NCBI GenBank assembly: GCA_944384385.1
Contig: CALWTG010000003.1
Span: 1 to 36,377 of the forward strand
Direction: 5' to 3'
Length of the DNA stretch: 36,377 nucleotides
Source: an uncultured Clostridia bacterium
Lineage (GTDB): Bacteria > Bacillota > Clostridia > Christensenellales > UBA1242
A model generated the notes under the pieces. The model was not told where the DNA came from. It saw only the letters and a list, made by a program, of their open reading frames with translations, and did not search any database. Positions within the stretch are counted from its first letter, which is position 1, and each line of letters opens with the position of its first letter. Below, one piece after another: positions 16,776 through 25,544 of this stretch. A program made the translations under genes and the position numbers.

Positions 16776-17045
16776 TTACAACTCTCTTCCATTTGTGATA
16801 TCTGACAGCCTTTCGATACTCCGATGCACTATCCGTTTTATCTGTCTTTCGCAGTATGCAATCTTACGACCACATGTGCTATATGATTTCCCATTTATGT
16901 AGCACTCTGTCATTACTTCAGCTTCAAGTGCTGGTAAAAGGCTAAACAACTGCTTATATTTTTGAGATTTCTCATTGATTATGCCACGCTTGTTTAAGTT
17001 CCGTATCTCTCGCAGTTCGTTTTTAATTTCTTTGATATTGCCCAT
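16776..17045 (-). CDS. RinA/ArpU-like late transcriptional activator (sigma region-4-like HTH)
   Basis: LPALEAEVMTECYINGKSYSTCGRKIAYCERQIKRIVHRSIERL; last gene before terS. Confidence 0.75.
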   Translation of the reverse strand: MGNIKEIKNELREIRNLNKRGIINEKSQKYKQLFSLLPALEAEVMTECYINGKSYSTCGRKIAYCERQIKRIVHRSIERLSDITNGREL

Positions 17046-17057
17046 GCTACCCTCCTA

Positions 17058-17246
17058 TTATTTAGAGTTTTTGTTTTGCAGTGCGTTTTTTATCTCCTCA
17101 AGTTGTTTATTCAAATTGCTCATAGCACTTGTAATTGATTGGCTTACAATATTGATTGCATCTATTACGCCTTTGTTATAAGCCTTATTTAATTGTTCAT
17201 TAAATTGCTCTTGGCTTATAATAGATTTCTTATCATTCTCTGACAT
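17058..17246 (-). CDS. Hypothetical protein
   Basis: 62 aa, in operon, with RBS. Confidence 0.7.
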   Translation of the reverse strand: MSENDKKSIISQEQFNEQLNKAYNKGVIDAINIVSQSITSAMSNLNKQLEEIKNALQNKNSK

Positions 17247-17261
17247 CTACTTTCCCTCCTT

Positions 17262-17651
17262 TTAATTTGCTGGTAACTTGCCAGTAACTTGCTGATAAAA
17301 TATATTTTCAAAATCTATCCTATCTTCATTATAAATTTTGTAGTTTATATCTCTCAGAACATCACACGCTTCTTTACAAGCCTTTTTCCAAGTATCTCGG
17401 TCTTTCTTTAAGTCATCCATTTCCTCGCAAATAGCAAAATCTCTACCTTGATTTTTAGAATAATCATCAAGAAAACACTCAATTTCTTCCACACTCTCAA
17501 TACCATATTTTTCGAGTATATCTTCGAGTTTGCCCAACTTTTCACAAACTTCAGTTATATAGCAAATTTCCTTTTTACAAGAATAACAACTTGAAAATTC
17601 ACCACACTTATTTATTGCCTCGTGATTTTTATCCGTCAATCTCTCTGCCAT
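17262..17651 (-). CDS. Hypothetical phage protein
   Basis: Start reassigned to MAERLTDK (17651, GGAGG RBS); Cys-rich segment then KLGKLED. Confidence 0.7.
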   Translation of the reverse strand: MAERLTDKNHEAINKCGEFSSCYSCKKEICYITEVCEKLGKLEDILEKYGIESVEEIECFLDDYSKNQGRDFAICEEMDDLKKDRDTWKKACKEACDVLRDINYKIYNEDRIDFENIFYQQVTGKLPAN

Positions 17652-17652
17652 A

Positions 17653-18324
17653 TTATACCTCCCAAATAAGTTTATCTTGTCTAAAATCTTCACCCATAAT
17701 ATCACGCAAACTTTCTTTCATGAATATTCTAACTTTTGCTTTGTCGCATTGTTTAACTATATCATCTATCCATTCTTTCTTAGGTATAACTTTACCTTTT
17801 CTATTGCCTGTTTCTGCACCGATAATAACTTGTTTTACATATAGATTATATTTTAATGAAGATAAATTTATATGTTCTAGTATAGGTTCTATGCTTAAGA
17901 AATCGTATTGTTCCAGTCCATTAAAATCATCATCTCTCGTTAACGACATGCCAATAAAAATATTTCTGCATTTATCAATACTTCTCAAAGTCCAAATCGT
18001 GCCTATACCATTATTTAAACCACTTTTACATTTTGTTAAGAATATATAATTATGTTGAGGGTTTTTGCTCATTGCCTTAAATACTTCATAACCCCATTTT
18101 GCTTCCCACCAACCAACATCACTCATACTATCCATAAATATCGATTTAGGCTTTTTAGATTTTAGTTGCTCAAGTCTTTCAGGAAAGAATTGTGGTTCGT
18201 TCCAGTCTTTGATAAAATGAAAGCGGTTATTTATTTTTCTTGCATAGCAGTAAGGACAGCCATTCTTACAACCAACAACAGGGTTTATTGTGCAATCGCA
18301 CCAATCTATCTTTGTTTGTTTCAT
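17653..18324 (-). CDS. Gp37/Gp68 (DUF5131) family radical-SAM-like protein
   Basis: TKIDWCDCTINPVVGCKNGCPYCYA (CxxxCxxC), IFMDSMSD, FLTK, FLSIEP, VIIGAETG, IFMK. Confidence 0.88.
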   Translation of the reverse strand: MKQTKIDWCDCTINPVVGCKNGCPYCYARKINNRFHFIKDWNEPQFFPERLEQLKSKKPKSIFMDSMSDVGWWEAKWGYEVFKAMSKNPQHNYIFLTKCKSGLNNGIGTIWTLRSIDKCRNIFIGMSLTRDDDFNGLEQYDFLSIEPILEHINLSSLKYNLYVKQVIIGAETGNRKGKVIPKKEWIDDIVKQCDKAKVRIFMKESLRDIMGEDFRQDKLIWEV

Positions 18325-18410
18325 TCCCCACCTCGCAGTTCTTGTAGTTTTTTCTCGGCTTCGGTTTCTGTAGCGAAAACATATTTATCTTCCCATAGTT
18401 GCTCACTCAT
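18321..18410 (-). CDS. Small hypothetical protein (29 aa), not in ORF track
   Basis: MSEQLWEDKYVFATETEAEKKLQELRGGE*; overlaps both neighbours and fills the gap exactly. Confidence 0.55.
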   Translation of the reverse strand: MSEQLWEDKYVFATETEAEKKLQELRGGE

Positions 18411-18720
18411 ACTCTTTCTCCAGTTCTTGCATATAAGTCAGCACTTTTCTATAAGCGATGGCAACCTTACAATTTTCTTCATCGCTAAACTTTTTACTAA
18501 CTCTTTCTTTTAACTCAGCCCAGCGCATTTTTTGGCTAGTTACTTTAGTTTGCAAATCAGCTTCTTCCATTAAACATTTATGATAAAGTGAAGAATATTC
18601 TTCGAGTTCCTGCTTTTCTTTCTTGAGCCTTCTTATTTTCTTTTTACAAGCAAAATAGTGTTGCCATTTCTCTTCTGCGCTATATCTTCCAAACTTTGCC
18701 TTTAACTCTGATTTTTTCAT
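18403..18720 (-). CDS. Hypothetical coiled-coil protein
   Basis: 105 aa; ATGA overlap with the upstream gene. Confidence 0.7.
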   Translation of the reverse strand: MKKSELKAKFGRYSAEEKWQHYFACKKKIRRLKKEKQELEEYSSLYHKCLMEEADLQTKVTSQKMRWAELKERVSKKFSDEENCKVAIAYRKVLTYMQELEKEYE

Positions 18721-19541
18721 TTTCCCTCCTTTTTATCTTCATAGATATAAACTTTTCTAAATCTATATCTAAAAAACAAACCTTTTTTACCCATAACAAT
18801 AGGCTTTGTTTTGCCATCTTCAAAAATGACTTGTTCTTTGTCGATATCAACTCTGTAGCTAGGCACTTCAGCCAATATGTATTTTTCTAGTTTTGACTGA
18901 TATTTAAAGATTAAGTATAAATCAAAGGCACACACATTTATAAGCACAAACCAGTCAACCAATGTCAATGATGCCCAGTCAATAAAGCCGCTACCCAAGA
19001 AACAAATTGTAGCTATGCCAATAGTTCTAAATATGATAACTATAATTGCAAAATACCAATACTTCATTTTTGTCATTCCAGCGACTGCACAGAGCGCATC
19101 ATCCGGGAATATAGGAAACAACAACATAAGTGGCAGTAGCATTTTTGATTTCATATCTAAAAGATTTTGAGCTTTCTCTAAACTGCTTTTACCCACCAGT
19201 TTCTCAATTGTTTTTTCGCCCAATGTATTGCCAAGAAAAAACATAAGAGAAGATGCAAGAAAAACTGATATTGTGCTTATAATAAAACCATATAAAGCAC
19301 CAAACAACACAATTGATATTGCTATAAATGTTGCTGATGTTCCCGGCATAAAGCATAATAGTGTAGCACTAATTACAAATAGTAAAATAAACACTACCCA
19401 GCCCCATGCTCCACATCTTTCAACAAGTTCTCTTAAGCCTTCTAGGTCGGTTACCCCTAGCGCTTTAAGTGCGAAATATACCCCCACACTCAAAGCAACT
19501 ATAACCAACACTGTTATTAAAATTTTAACCCAGTTTTTCAT
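18717..19541 (-). CDS. DedA-superfamily (TVP38/TMEM64, VTT domain) membrane protein
   Basis: Multiple TM segments; FMPGTS...GALYGFIIS...GNTLG and LLFPIFPDDALCAVAGMTKM motifs. Confidence 0.88.
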   Translation of the reverse strand: MKNWVKILITVLVIVALSVGVYFALKALGVTDLEGLRELVERCGAWGWVVFILLFVISATLLCFMPGTSATFIAISIVLFGALYGFIISTISVFLASSLMFFLGNTLGEKTIEKLVGKSSLEKAQNLLDMKSKMLLPLMLLFPIFPDDALCAVAGMTKMKYWYFAIIVIIFRTIGIATICFLGSGFIDWASLTLVDWFVLINVCAFDLYLIFKYQSKLEKYILAEVPSYRVDIDKEQVIFEDGKTKPIVMGKKGLFFRYRFRKVYIYEDKKEGK

Positions 19542-21169
19542 AAATCTTCTCCTATCATTTGTCTAAAAATTGCCATTAAAACATTGACAACTATACTATC
19601 TCCAGCGAGATGATAAAGACTTGCATTGCTTTGATTTTGTGCAACCTTATCAAAATCTTCATCTTTTACACCCATAAGTCTAAAACATTCTTTAGGTGTA
19701 AGTTTTCTTATCCTTAAATTACTTATGTATGCAAATGAGCCACATCCGCAATCATTACCACAACTTGTTGATAATGTTCCAGCAATTCCATCTTTTAATG
19801 GCCTCGCATTATATAAGTCAACAAACTCGGGTATTTCGCCATTATTGTTCTTTATTGTTTCAGCAAGTTTCTTATCAACGTATTTCTCTTGTTGCTTTAC
19901 AACCACACCCAAACAATCGCATCTTGTATCTAGTGTTGGACTGCAATCGTGGAATTGATTATTTTGAATATACATATTATCCATTCTGCTTTTTGAATAG
20001 CTATGTCGGATAACATCATTCTCTACCACTCGATTATTTACTATAAGCGAGTTACATAGTTGTCTTTTTAAATTATCTTCAACTGCATACAACCCAGTTT
20101 TTGCACCCATTCCACCACCATTTGCAACAAGACTAACAGAGATGCCTTCAGTGTCATAAACTCTGTAGCCTTGTGGTTGATTTTGTGTAAGTTCCATAAG
20201 TTGTGGCTCAACTACACATTTAGGGTCTTTATAATCTCTTGCCATTATTGTTGGGCATATCCCATCTTTAGGTATTTTGTTCTCAAGCTTGCTTGATGTA
20301 AAATTAGTTTTTAAGCTACCTTCTATCGCTTTACTGCTCAAATAATATTTTTCATCAACTTCTTTTTCGAGAATATCTTTGAGCCTTATTTCCAATTTTT
20401 GTTTTTTAGGAAACTCATACAAATAATCACCAAGCAAACTAACCATAAAGCATCTTTCTCTATTTTGTGGCACGCCAAAATCTTTCGCATTTAACACTTG
20501 CCAATAGCAGTGGTAGCCTAACTTTTCCAGCTTTTCTAGCCATTTTGCAAAATGTATTATATTTTTACTACCAATAACATCAGGAACATTCTCCATAAGC
20601 AGTATTTGTGGTAAGTTCTCACACTCATCAAGTATCCTTTCAACTTCCCAAAGCATCCCGGACCTCGTGCCACTACCTTTCTCCATTCCTTTGCCCAGTC
20701 CAGCTTTTGACAGGTCTTGACACGGAAATGAATAAGTCATTAGATAGCAATATTTATCTACATCCACAATTTCTAAATCACTTGCCTTTACTTGTTGAAT
20801 ATTAACTAAATTGTGTGAAGCTTTAATATTATTATAAATTTGTCTTTGTTTTTGCTCGCCCAGTCTTTTGATTTGCTCTCTTGTCATAGGCTCATTATAA
20901 TTTGCACTTATGCCTTTACTTGTAAGATAATCTATCATTTCGTCTTGCGTTAAATTTTTAGAGTAGTCTGTTATATCATCTTTGAAATGCAAATCTTTTA
21001 ATGCTTGTATGCTCTTTACAGCCCATTCGCAAGTTTTGTAATGCTCAAAATTTATGTTTAAATATTTAAGTGCAAGTGCTTGACTGTCATAGCCACTAAA
21101 CAATGATATAAGGCGGACTGGCTTGTTGAGTTTAAAAGGCATTGTTCCATCGAATATACTTCTCTGCAT
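19538..21169 (-). CDS. DNA (cytosine-5) methyltransferase, long variable region
   Basis: LFSGYD (motif I), FPCQDLS (IV), MENV (VI), QNRER (VIII), RKLTPKECFRLMG (IX), AGDSI (X). Confidence 0.93.
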   Translation of the reverse strand: MQRSIFDGTMPFKLNKPVRLISLFSGYDSQALALKYLNINFEHYKTCEWAVKSIQALKDLHFKDDITDYSKNLTQDEMIDYLTSKGISANYNEPMTREQIKRLGEQKQRQIYNNIKASHNLVNIQQVKASDLEIVDVDKYCYLMTYSFPCQDLSKAGLGKGMEKGSGTRSGMLWEVERILDECENLPQILLMENVPDVIGSKNIIHFAKWLEKLEKLGYHCYWQVLNAKDFGVPQNRERCFMVSLLGDYLYEFPKKQKLEIRLKDILEKEVDEKYYLSSKAIEGSLKTNFTSSKLENKIPKDGICPTIMARDYKDPKCVVEPQLMELTQNQPQGYRVYDTEGISVSLVANGGGMGAKTGLYAVEDNLKRQLCNSLIVNNRVVENDVIRHSYSKSRMDNMYIQNNQFHDCSPTLDTRCDCLGVVVKQQEKYVDKKLAETIKNNNGEIPEFVDLYNARPLKDGIAGTLSTSCGNDCGCGSFAYISNLRIRKLTPKECFRLMGVKDEDFDKVAQNQSNASLYHLAGDSIVVNVLMAIFRQMIGEDL

Positions 21170-21184
21170 TTTATCCTCCTTTGC

Positions 21185-21200
21185 GTGCCCTTTCGTGCAC
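21185..21200 (-). promoter_or_regulatory. Imperfect DGR homing hairpin downstream of VR2
   Basis: GTGCAC-GAAA-GGGCAC: 6-bp stem with one A:G mismatch, GAAA loop, 14 nt after the stop codon. Confidence 0.7.
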
Positions 21201-21214
21201 TTTGATTGTTTTGA

Positions 21215-21964
21215 TTAAAGACAAAAGCAGAGAGCCACCGCACGAGTATTGTTGGCATAGTTGTTGTTGACATACCCAGTGTTATTCCAGGGAGCAAAAG
21301 TGTTAGTGGTGTAAGGGTTAGGAGAACGAAGCCATGTCCATGTATAAGGCAGATTTGAGTTTTTAAAATATTCATAAATTTCACCCTCACCCTCACAAGA
21401 ACAATCAGTAGTTCCTGCTATCTCAATTTCGCTAGGTAAGAAAAGTTTGTCCGTTGTTTCCACTATTTCTTCACTTTCGCCACCAGCAGAAGTCTTTTTC
21501 TTTACTGGTAAAATTAGTGCTTGTAAGTCGCTTGGTAACAGCTTATAAAATCTAGGCATGTAAGTATTTCGCATCTTGCTATCTTTCCAGCCACCCACAT
21601 TTGTGCATTCTTCATTCATCTCATACTCGCCATCAACATAAAACATAAATGTGGCTTTTGCTTTTGTTGCTGGAGAATAATCAGCACGAACATCATGTGG
21701 GTTTAAGCTAATCAATTTTGCTTTCACTTTCTCGCCAGTGTATAACTCAAACTCTTTTTCATCCCCAACTCTTAATACTCGTTCAGCATCGCCTGAGTAT
21801 AAAATTGTTTTTATTTCGCTCCATGATAAGTCTTTTAGCTTTTTAAGTTCGCCTTTTAATTCGGCAACATAATTGTCGATTGTTTCCAACATAGCATCTT
21901 CGCCATGCACATTGTTTAATCTATTTTGCAATTCTTTGATTGCATTGATAACTTCGTTATTCAT
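21215..21964 (-). CDS. DGR target protein 2 (remote); short N-terminal coiled coil plus CLec-like (DUF6273-like) domain
   Basis: 249 aa; GGWKDSKMR, DKLFLPSEIEI, EGEIYEYF, WLRSP...RAVALCFCL; carries VR2. Confidence 0.92.
   Translation of the reverse strand: MNNEVINAIKELQNRLNNVHGEDAMLETIDNYVAELKGELKKLKDLSWSEIKTILYSGDAERVLRVGDEKEFELYTGEKVKAKLISLNPHDVRADYSPATKAKATFMFYVDGEYEMNEECTNVGGWKDSKMRNTYMPRFYKLLPSDLQALILPVKKKTSAGGESEEIVETTDKLFLPSEIEIAGTTDCSCEGEGEIYEYFKNSNLPYTWTWLRSPNPYTTNTFAPWNNTGYVNNNYANNTRAVALCFCL
21228..21334 (-). repeat. DGR variable repeat 2 (VR2)
   Basis: 107 nt ungapped match to TR 1054-1160 with 7 mismatches, all at TR adenines. Confidence 0.95.
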
Positions 21965-21972
21965 AATTCCTC

Positions 21973-22863
21973 CTAAAAAATTGAAGTTTCTTGCTGTTCA
22001 GTTAGCCTATAGCTTGTTCCCTGTAGTTTTATTTTTGCTGTGGACATTGCAGCAATTCTATCCACAGTCTTTTTCATAAGCCCACAATTTTCAACCAAGT
22101 CAACTAAACTTTCATTACTGGAGAATATTGTTGGCTTTTTGTTTACATATCTAGCATTTACTACATCGTAAATTTTGTCTTGCAACCATGTCTTTTCTCC
22201 GTTCTTAACCATTTGTTCTGTGCCTATATCATCAATTATCAAAAGGTCTATTGTTGCAAGCTTTTCAATAAAATCGCTTTCAGTGATAGAATTATCGCTA
22301 AACGATTTTTTAATTTGTTTTGAAATTTCAAAGAAATTTGTAAATAAAACTGGTATCATTTTTGCTAAAAGATAATTTCCGATGCAAGCGGTGAGCAAAC
22401 TTTTGCCAGTTCCGACATCGCCATAAAGGTAAATTCCTAACCCTTCTTTTTTAACATCTTCCCACCTTTCGCAAAAATTTTTGCATCTTGCAACAGCATC
22501 AATAAAATCTTGAGGTCGGTTTAGGTCTAAGCTATCAAAACTAGCATTTTTGTATCTTTCGCCAAGCAAACTCGCTTGCTTTAGTTTTTCAAAACGCATA
22601 AGTCTTTGCTTTTTCTGTTCTAACTCTCTCTGCTCTTCAAGAGCTTGCGATTGACATTTGCAAAGACAACCAGCTACAAATTTTCCATCTTGCCAATATC
22701 TTTTGCCTTTACAGTGCTCGCAAACCAGCTCATAATTTTCCGTTAGACAATCACCCTCTCGCATTTTGTATCTAGCAAAATAATTTTTTCTTGCAGTTAA
22801 GAGCTCTTCTTCGCTTAAAGGCTCATTGCTTGTTTCAAAAAACATTTTTGCTAACTCCCCCAT
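21973..22863 (-). CDS. DnaC/IstB-like AAA+ helicase loader
   Basis: CEHC...CLC zinc motif, GDVGTGKS Walker A, LLIIDDIG Walker B, PTIFSSN. Confidence 0.92.
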   Translation of the reverse strand: MGELAKMFFETSNEPLSEEELLTARKNYFARYKMREGDCLTENYELVCEHCKGKRYWQDGKFVAGCLCKCQSQALEEQRELEQKKQRLMRFEKLKQASLLGERYKNASFDSLDLNRPQDFIDAVARCKNFCERWEDVKKEGLGIYLYGDVGTGKSLLTACIGNYLLAKMIPVLFTNFFEISKQIKKSFSDNSITESDFIEKLATIDLLIIDDIGTEQMVKNGEKTWLQDKIYDVVNARYVNKKPTIFSSNESLVDLVENCGLMKKTVDRIAAMSTAKIKLQGTSYRLTEQQETSIF

Positions 22864-23666
22864 GCTTTCGCCTCCTCATCTGACACTTTTTCTTTTGCTG
22901 TTTGATTTGCTGGAGAGATGTTTTGGAGCTTTGCTTTCCGTTGTCTTTCTTCTTTCAAAGCATCAAACACCCATTTTTGTATTGCAAGATTATCACTCTT
23001 GCACTTATAGCCTTTCATCTCCCTATGGTAACTCAAATACTCTATTGCCTCTTTACCATCAGGTCTTGCAATTAAGCGATTGTATTCATCTTCAGTCAAA
23101 AGAACATTTTTGAATTGCCCATACTTGTGTTTAACTTTTTTATCAGGGAGTGAAAGTGAGCTCTGCTCGCTTTCTTTTACTCTCGTTAGAGAGTTTTCTT
23201 TATTTACTTTAATTTCTTCTTCTATTTCTATTTCTTTTTTAGGAACACACTCATCACTTACCACTACCGTAGTGCTACCGTAGTTGTCATTTACTCCTAC
23301 TTTACTTGTCAAATCTTGCTCTTCTTTACCCATATTTTCAGCAGGAATTTGGCTTGGTGTAGGCTTATTTATGGTTTGAAATTTGTCCCATTTTGTAAGC
23401 TGATAAAAGCGTTTCCCATCAACTTCATAGAAACGAATAGACATTTTGCCCTCTATCTCTTTGAGTGCTTTTTCAACATCGTTTACAGAGAGTTCTTCAT
23501 CGTATGCAAAAAGGTGAGATTTTAAATAGGCAACATTTGCTTTTCCACGACCTTCATCATCAGCATTTGAAAATAGTCCTATCCAAAGCAATCTTCCAAG
23601 ATATGAAAGCTTTGAGAAATCTTCACTTTCCCAAATTGATGGGTCAATCATTCTTTTTCTTGCCAT
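22851..23666 (-). CDS. Phage replication initiator / replisome organizer
   Basis: MARKRMIDPSIW...ADDEGRG N-terminal domain, KHKYGQFKNVLLTEDEY C-terminal part; upstream of the loader. Confidence 0.85.
   Translation of the reverse strand: MARKRMIDPSIWESEDFSKLSYLGRLLWIGLFSNADDEGRGKANVAYLKSHLFAYDEELSVNDVEKALKEIEGKMSIRFYEVDGKRFYQLTKWDKFQTINKPTPSQIPAENMGKEEQDLTSKVGVNDNYGSTTVVVSDECVPKKEIEIEEEIKVNKENSLTRVKESEQSSLSLPDKKVKHKYGQFKNVLLTEDEYNRLIARPDGKEAIEYLSYHREMKGYKCKSDNLAIQKWVFDALKEERQRKAKLQNISPANQTAKEKVSDEEAKAWGS
23263..23284. repeat. Iteron-like tandem repeat CTACCGTAGT x2 inside initiator gene (candidate ori)
   Basis: Copies at 23264-23273 and 23275-23284, near-palindromic, adjacent to an AT-rich TTTCTA-repeat tract. 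Confidence 0.45.
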
Positions 23667-24137
23667 TTAAACCTCCTTTAAGATGTCTAAAATAATTCTT
23701 CCAGCATCTTCTTTTTTGCATTGTATAAACTCGATATTATGTTTTTTCTTCCAAGCTTCAATAATCTTCGCCATAATATCGGCAGTAATTTTCATTCGCT
23801 TGTTTTGCCAAGTTTGCAGTGGCTGTTTTGTTTCAACTAAAATAAACATCTTTCCGCCACATTCATCCAATCTTTCAAGTTCTCTCTTAAATCGTTGGTG
23901 ATTTTTGCCACAATTACCAGCAAACTCATTCCAGTCAGCCTTTCGTTCAATAAAAACATTTGGCTTGTCCAAGTTGCAATAATCACCTATAGAACAAAGG
24001 TCATTTACTATGTAAGCAAAATCTAATTCCTTAACATTCTTAACCGACTTTTTATCAACTTTTGCAAGCCCTACTTGATTGAAATATTGCAAGATGTGGT
24101 CGTTTTTCTTTTCTCTGTTATCAACCTTTATTCTCAT
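23667..24137 (-). CDS. ERCC4-domain nuclease
   Basis: IKVDNREK, GDY, FIERK, RFKRELER, ILVE. Confidence 0.85.
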   Translation of the reverse strand: MRIKVDNREKKNDHILQYFNQVGLAKVDKKSVKNVKELDFAYIVNDLCSIGDYCNLDKPNVFIERKADWNEFAGNCGKNHQRFKRELERLDECGGKMFILVETKQPLQTWQNKRMKITADIMAKIIEAWKKKHNIEFIQCKKEDAGRIILDILKEV

Positions 24138-24328
24138 GCTGACACCTCATAGATATCAACATGAAAGAATTGAGCGCCATTGATGGCAAATTTACTAACA
24201 TTATCAATAAACATGTATTGACCTTCAACTGCTGATGCAATGCTTTCTGCCCACTCTCGTTTTATTTCTTGCGTAACCTTTTCGCCATTCCACTTGATAA
24301 ACTCGGCTATACATTTCTTTTCTTTCAT
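24134..24328 (-). CDS. Hypothetical protein
   Basis: 64 aa, AGGAG RBS, ATGA overlap downstream. Confidence 0.7.
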   Translation of the reverse strand: MKEKKCIAEFIKWNGEKVTQEIKREWAESIASAVEGQYMFIDNVSKFAINGAQFFHVDIYEVSA

Positions 24329-24367
24329 TTTTTGCTCCTTTTATCACTTATAAGGGTGTTTTTTAGG

Positions 24368-24724
24368 CTAAAAAGGCAAGCTGTCATCATCTATAGGTTC
24401 AAGCTCTGGCTGTGTCTTTTCTTGCACTTTAACGCAGTTTTCTTTAACAATAAAATCTGCATTTAGAGTATAATAAGTTTTTGTTTCACCATCCTTATCA
24501 ACCTTTTGGACTTTCAACTGACCACAAGCAAACACATGGTCGAATTTTTTAATTTCTTCAGGCTTTCTATTCCACACAGTTACATTGATAACCTCTGCAT
24601 CTTTGCCCATACTTACTGGTATTTCATAAAAAGTTTTGTCTTCAAACTCTTTTGTTCTCATATCATTGATAACCATACCAGCAACTACACAATCGTTTTT
24701 CTCGCCATTTCTTTTTATAAACAT
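24368..24724 (-). CDS. ssb: Single-stranded DNA-binding protein
   Basis: OB-fold-like INVTVW...VFACGQL pattern and acidic tail DDDSLPF. Confidence 0.8.
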   Translation of the reverse strand: MFIKRNGEKNDCVVAGMVINDMRTKEFEDKTFYEIPVSMGKDAEVINVTVWNRKPEEIKKFDHVFACGQLKVQKVDKDGETKTYYTLNADFIVKENCVKVQEKTQPELEPIDDDSLPF

Positions 24725-24728
24725 CGTT

Positions 24729-25034
24729 TTATTCCTCCCCTAAAATATCTTTTAGACTTTTTGGTAGTTCTCCAAGCATACCTTCTATACCTGTCATCAA
24801 AAGTTCTTTCTTTATACTATCTAAAGCCTCAACAAAGCCTATTATAGTTTTAGGAGTAAAAGCGCCAGAGCAGTTTACACCCGTTCTATCGCCCTCATCC
24901 CAAATAACAACACACGCTTCGGTGTTCTTGTTTAAAACAAAATCGTTTTTATCACCCTTCATTGAAACTTTGATTTCTATCTCAGTTTTTTTATTTGTTT
25001 TTCCAACATATTTAACAAAATCTTCTTTTTTCAT
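24729..25034 (-). CDS. Hypothetical protein
   Basis: 101 aa in operon with RBS. Confidence 0.7.
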   Translation of the reverse strand: MKKEDFVKYVGKTNKKTEIEIKVSMKGDKNDFVLNKNTEACVVIWDEGDRTGVNCSGAFTPKTIIGFVEALDSIKKELLMTGIEGMLGELPKSLKDILGEE

Positions 25035-25036
25035 AA

Positions 25037-25540
25037 TTACTCTCCTTTTATACCCTTTAAGTTTTCAATTTCAGCTGGCGTAAGGGTTTCAATTCCCAGC
25101 TGTTTTGCTTCATCAATAGTGCCCTCAATAAGCCTTGCCATTTCAGCACTATCAAGAGTGTGTGTTTCTTTGTAAATCAAATATTTTACAAAAGTTTTAT
25201 TGTTTTCAATGCACTGACCTATTGGCTTTGCATATTTAAAAAATCTAGTTATAGGAACTTCTTTTAAAGCTTTAAAGCCAGCCTTTAAGCCCTGTTCATC
25301 GCTTGCAATTGTTCCATAGTCAAAAACAAGTTGTGTTTTTATTTCATCAGCTGATTTGCCTAATGCTTTCGCAATCTTATCAACAAGCACATGAAAGTAT
25401 GCATTTGCATCTAAGCTTCTTCTTTTTCTATAGGGCTTTATTTCGCAAATATATGGCTTTTCTTTTATTAAAGGCAAAATATTCATCAGCTCATTTTGCA
25501 CTGCCAGTATATCGGCTTGTTCCTTTAAAATGATTTCCAT
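25037..25540 (-). CDS. NinB-like recombination protein
   Basis: KRRSLDANAYFHVLVDKIA and EMARLIEGTIDEAKQLGIETL. Confidence 0.7.
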   Translation of the reverse strand: MEIILKEQADILAVQNELMNILPLIKEKPYICEIKPYRKRRSLDANAYFHVLVDKIAKALGKSADEIKTQLVFDYGTIASDEQGLKAGFKALKEVPITRFFKYAKPIGQCIENNKTFVKYLIYKETHTLDSAEMARLIEGTIDEAKQLGIETLTPAEIENLKGIKGE

Positions 25541-25544
25541 ACAA

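Noticed and set aside
19538-21169. Methyltransferase as half of a restriction-modification system
   Set aside because: Neighbours are the DGR target and a DedA protein; no restriction endonuclease candidate is adjacent.
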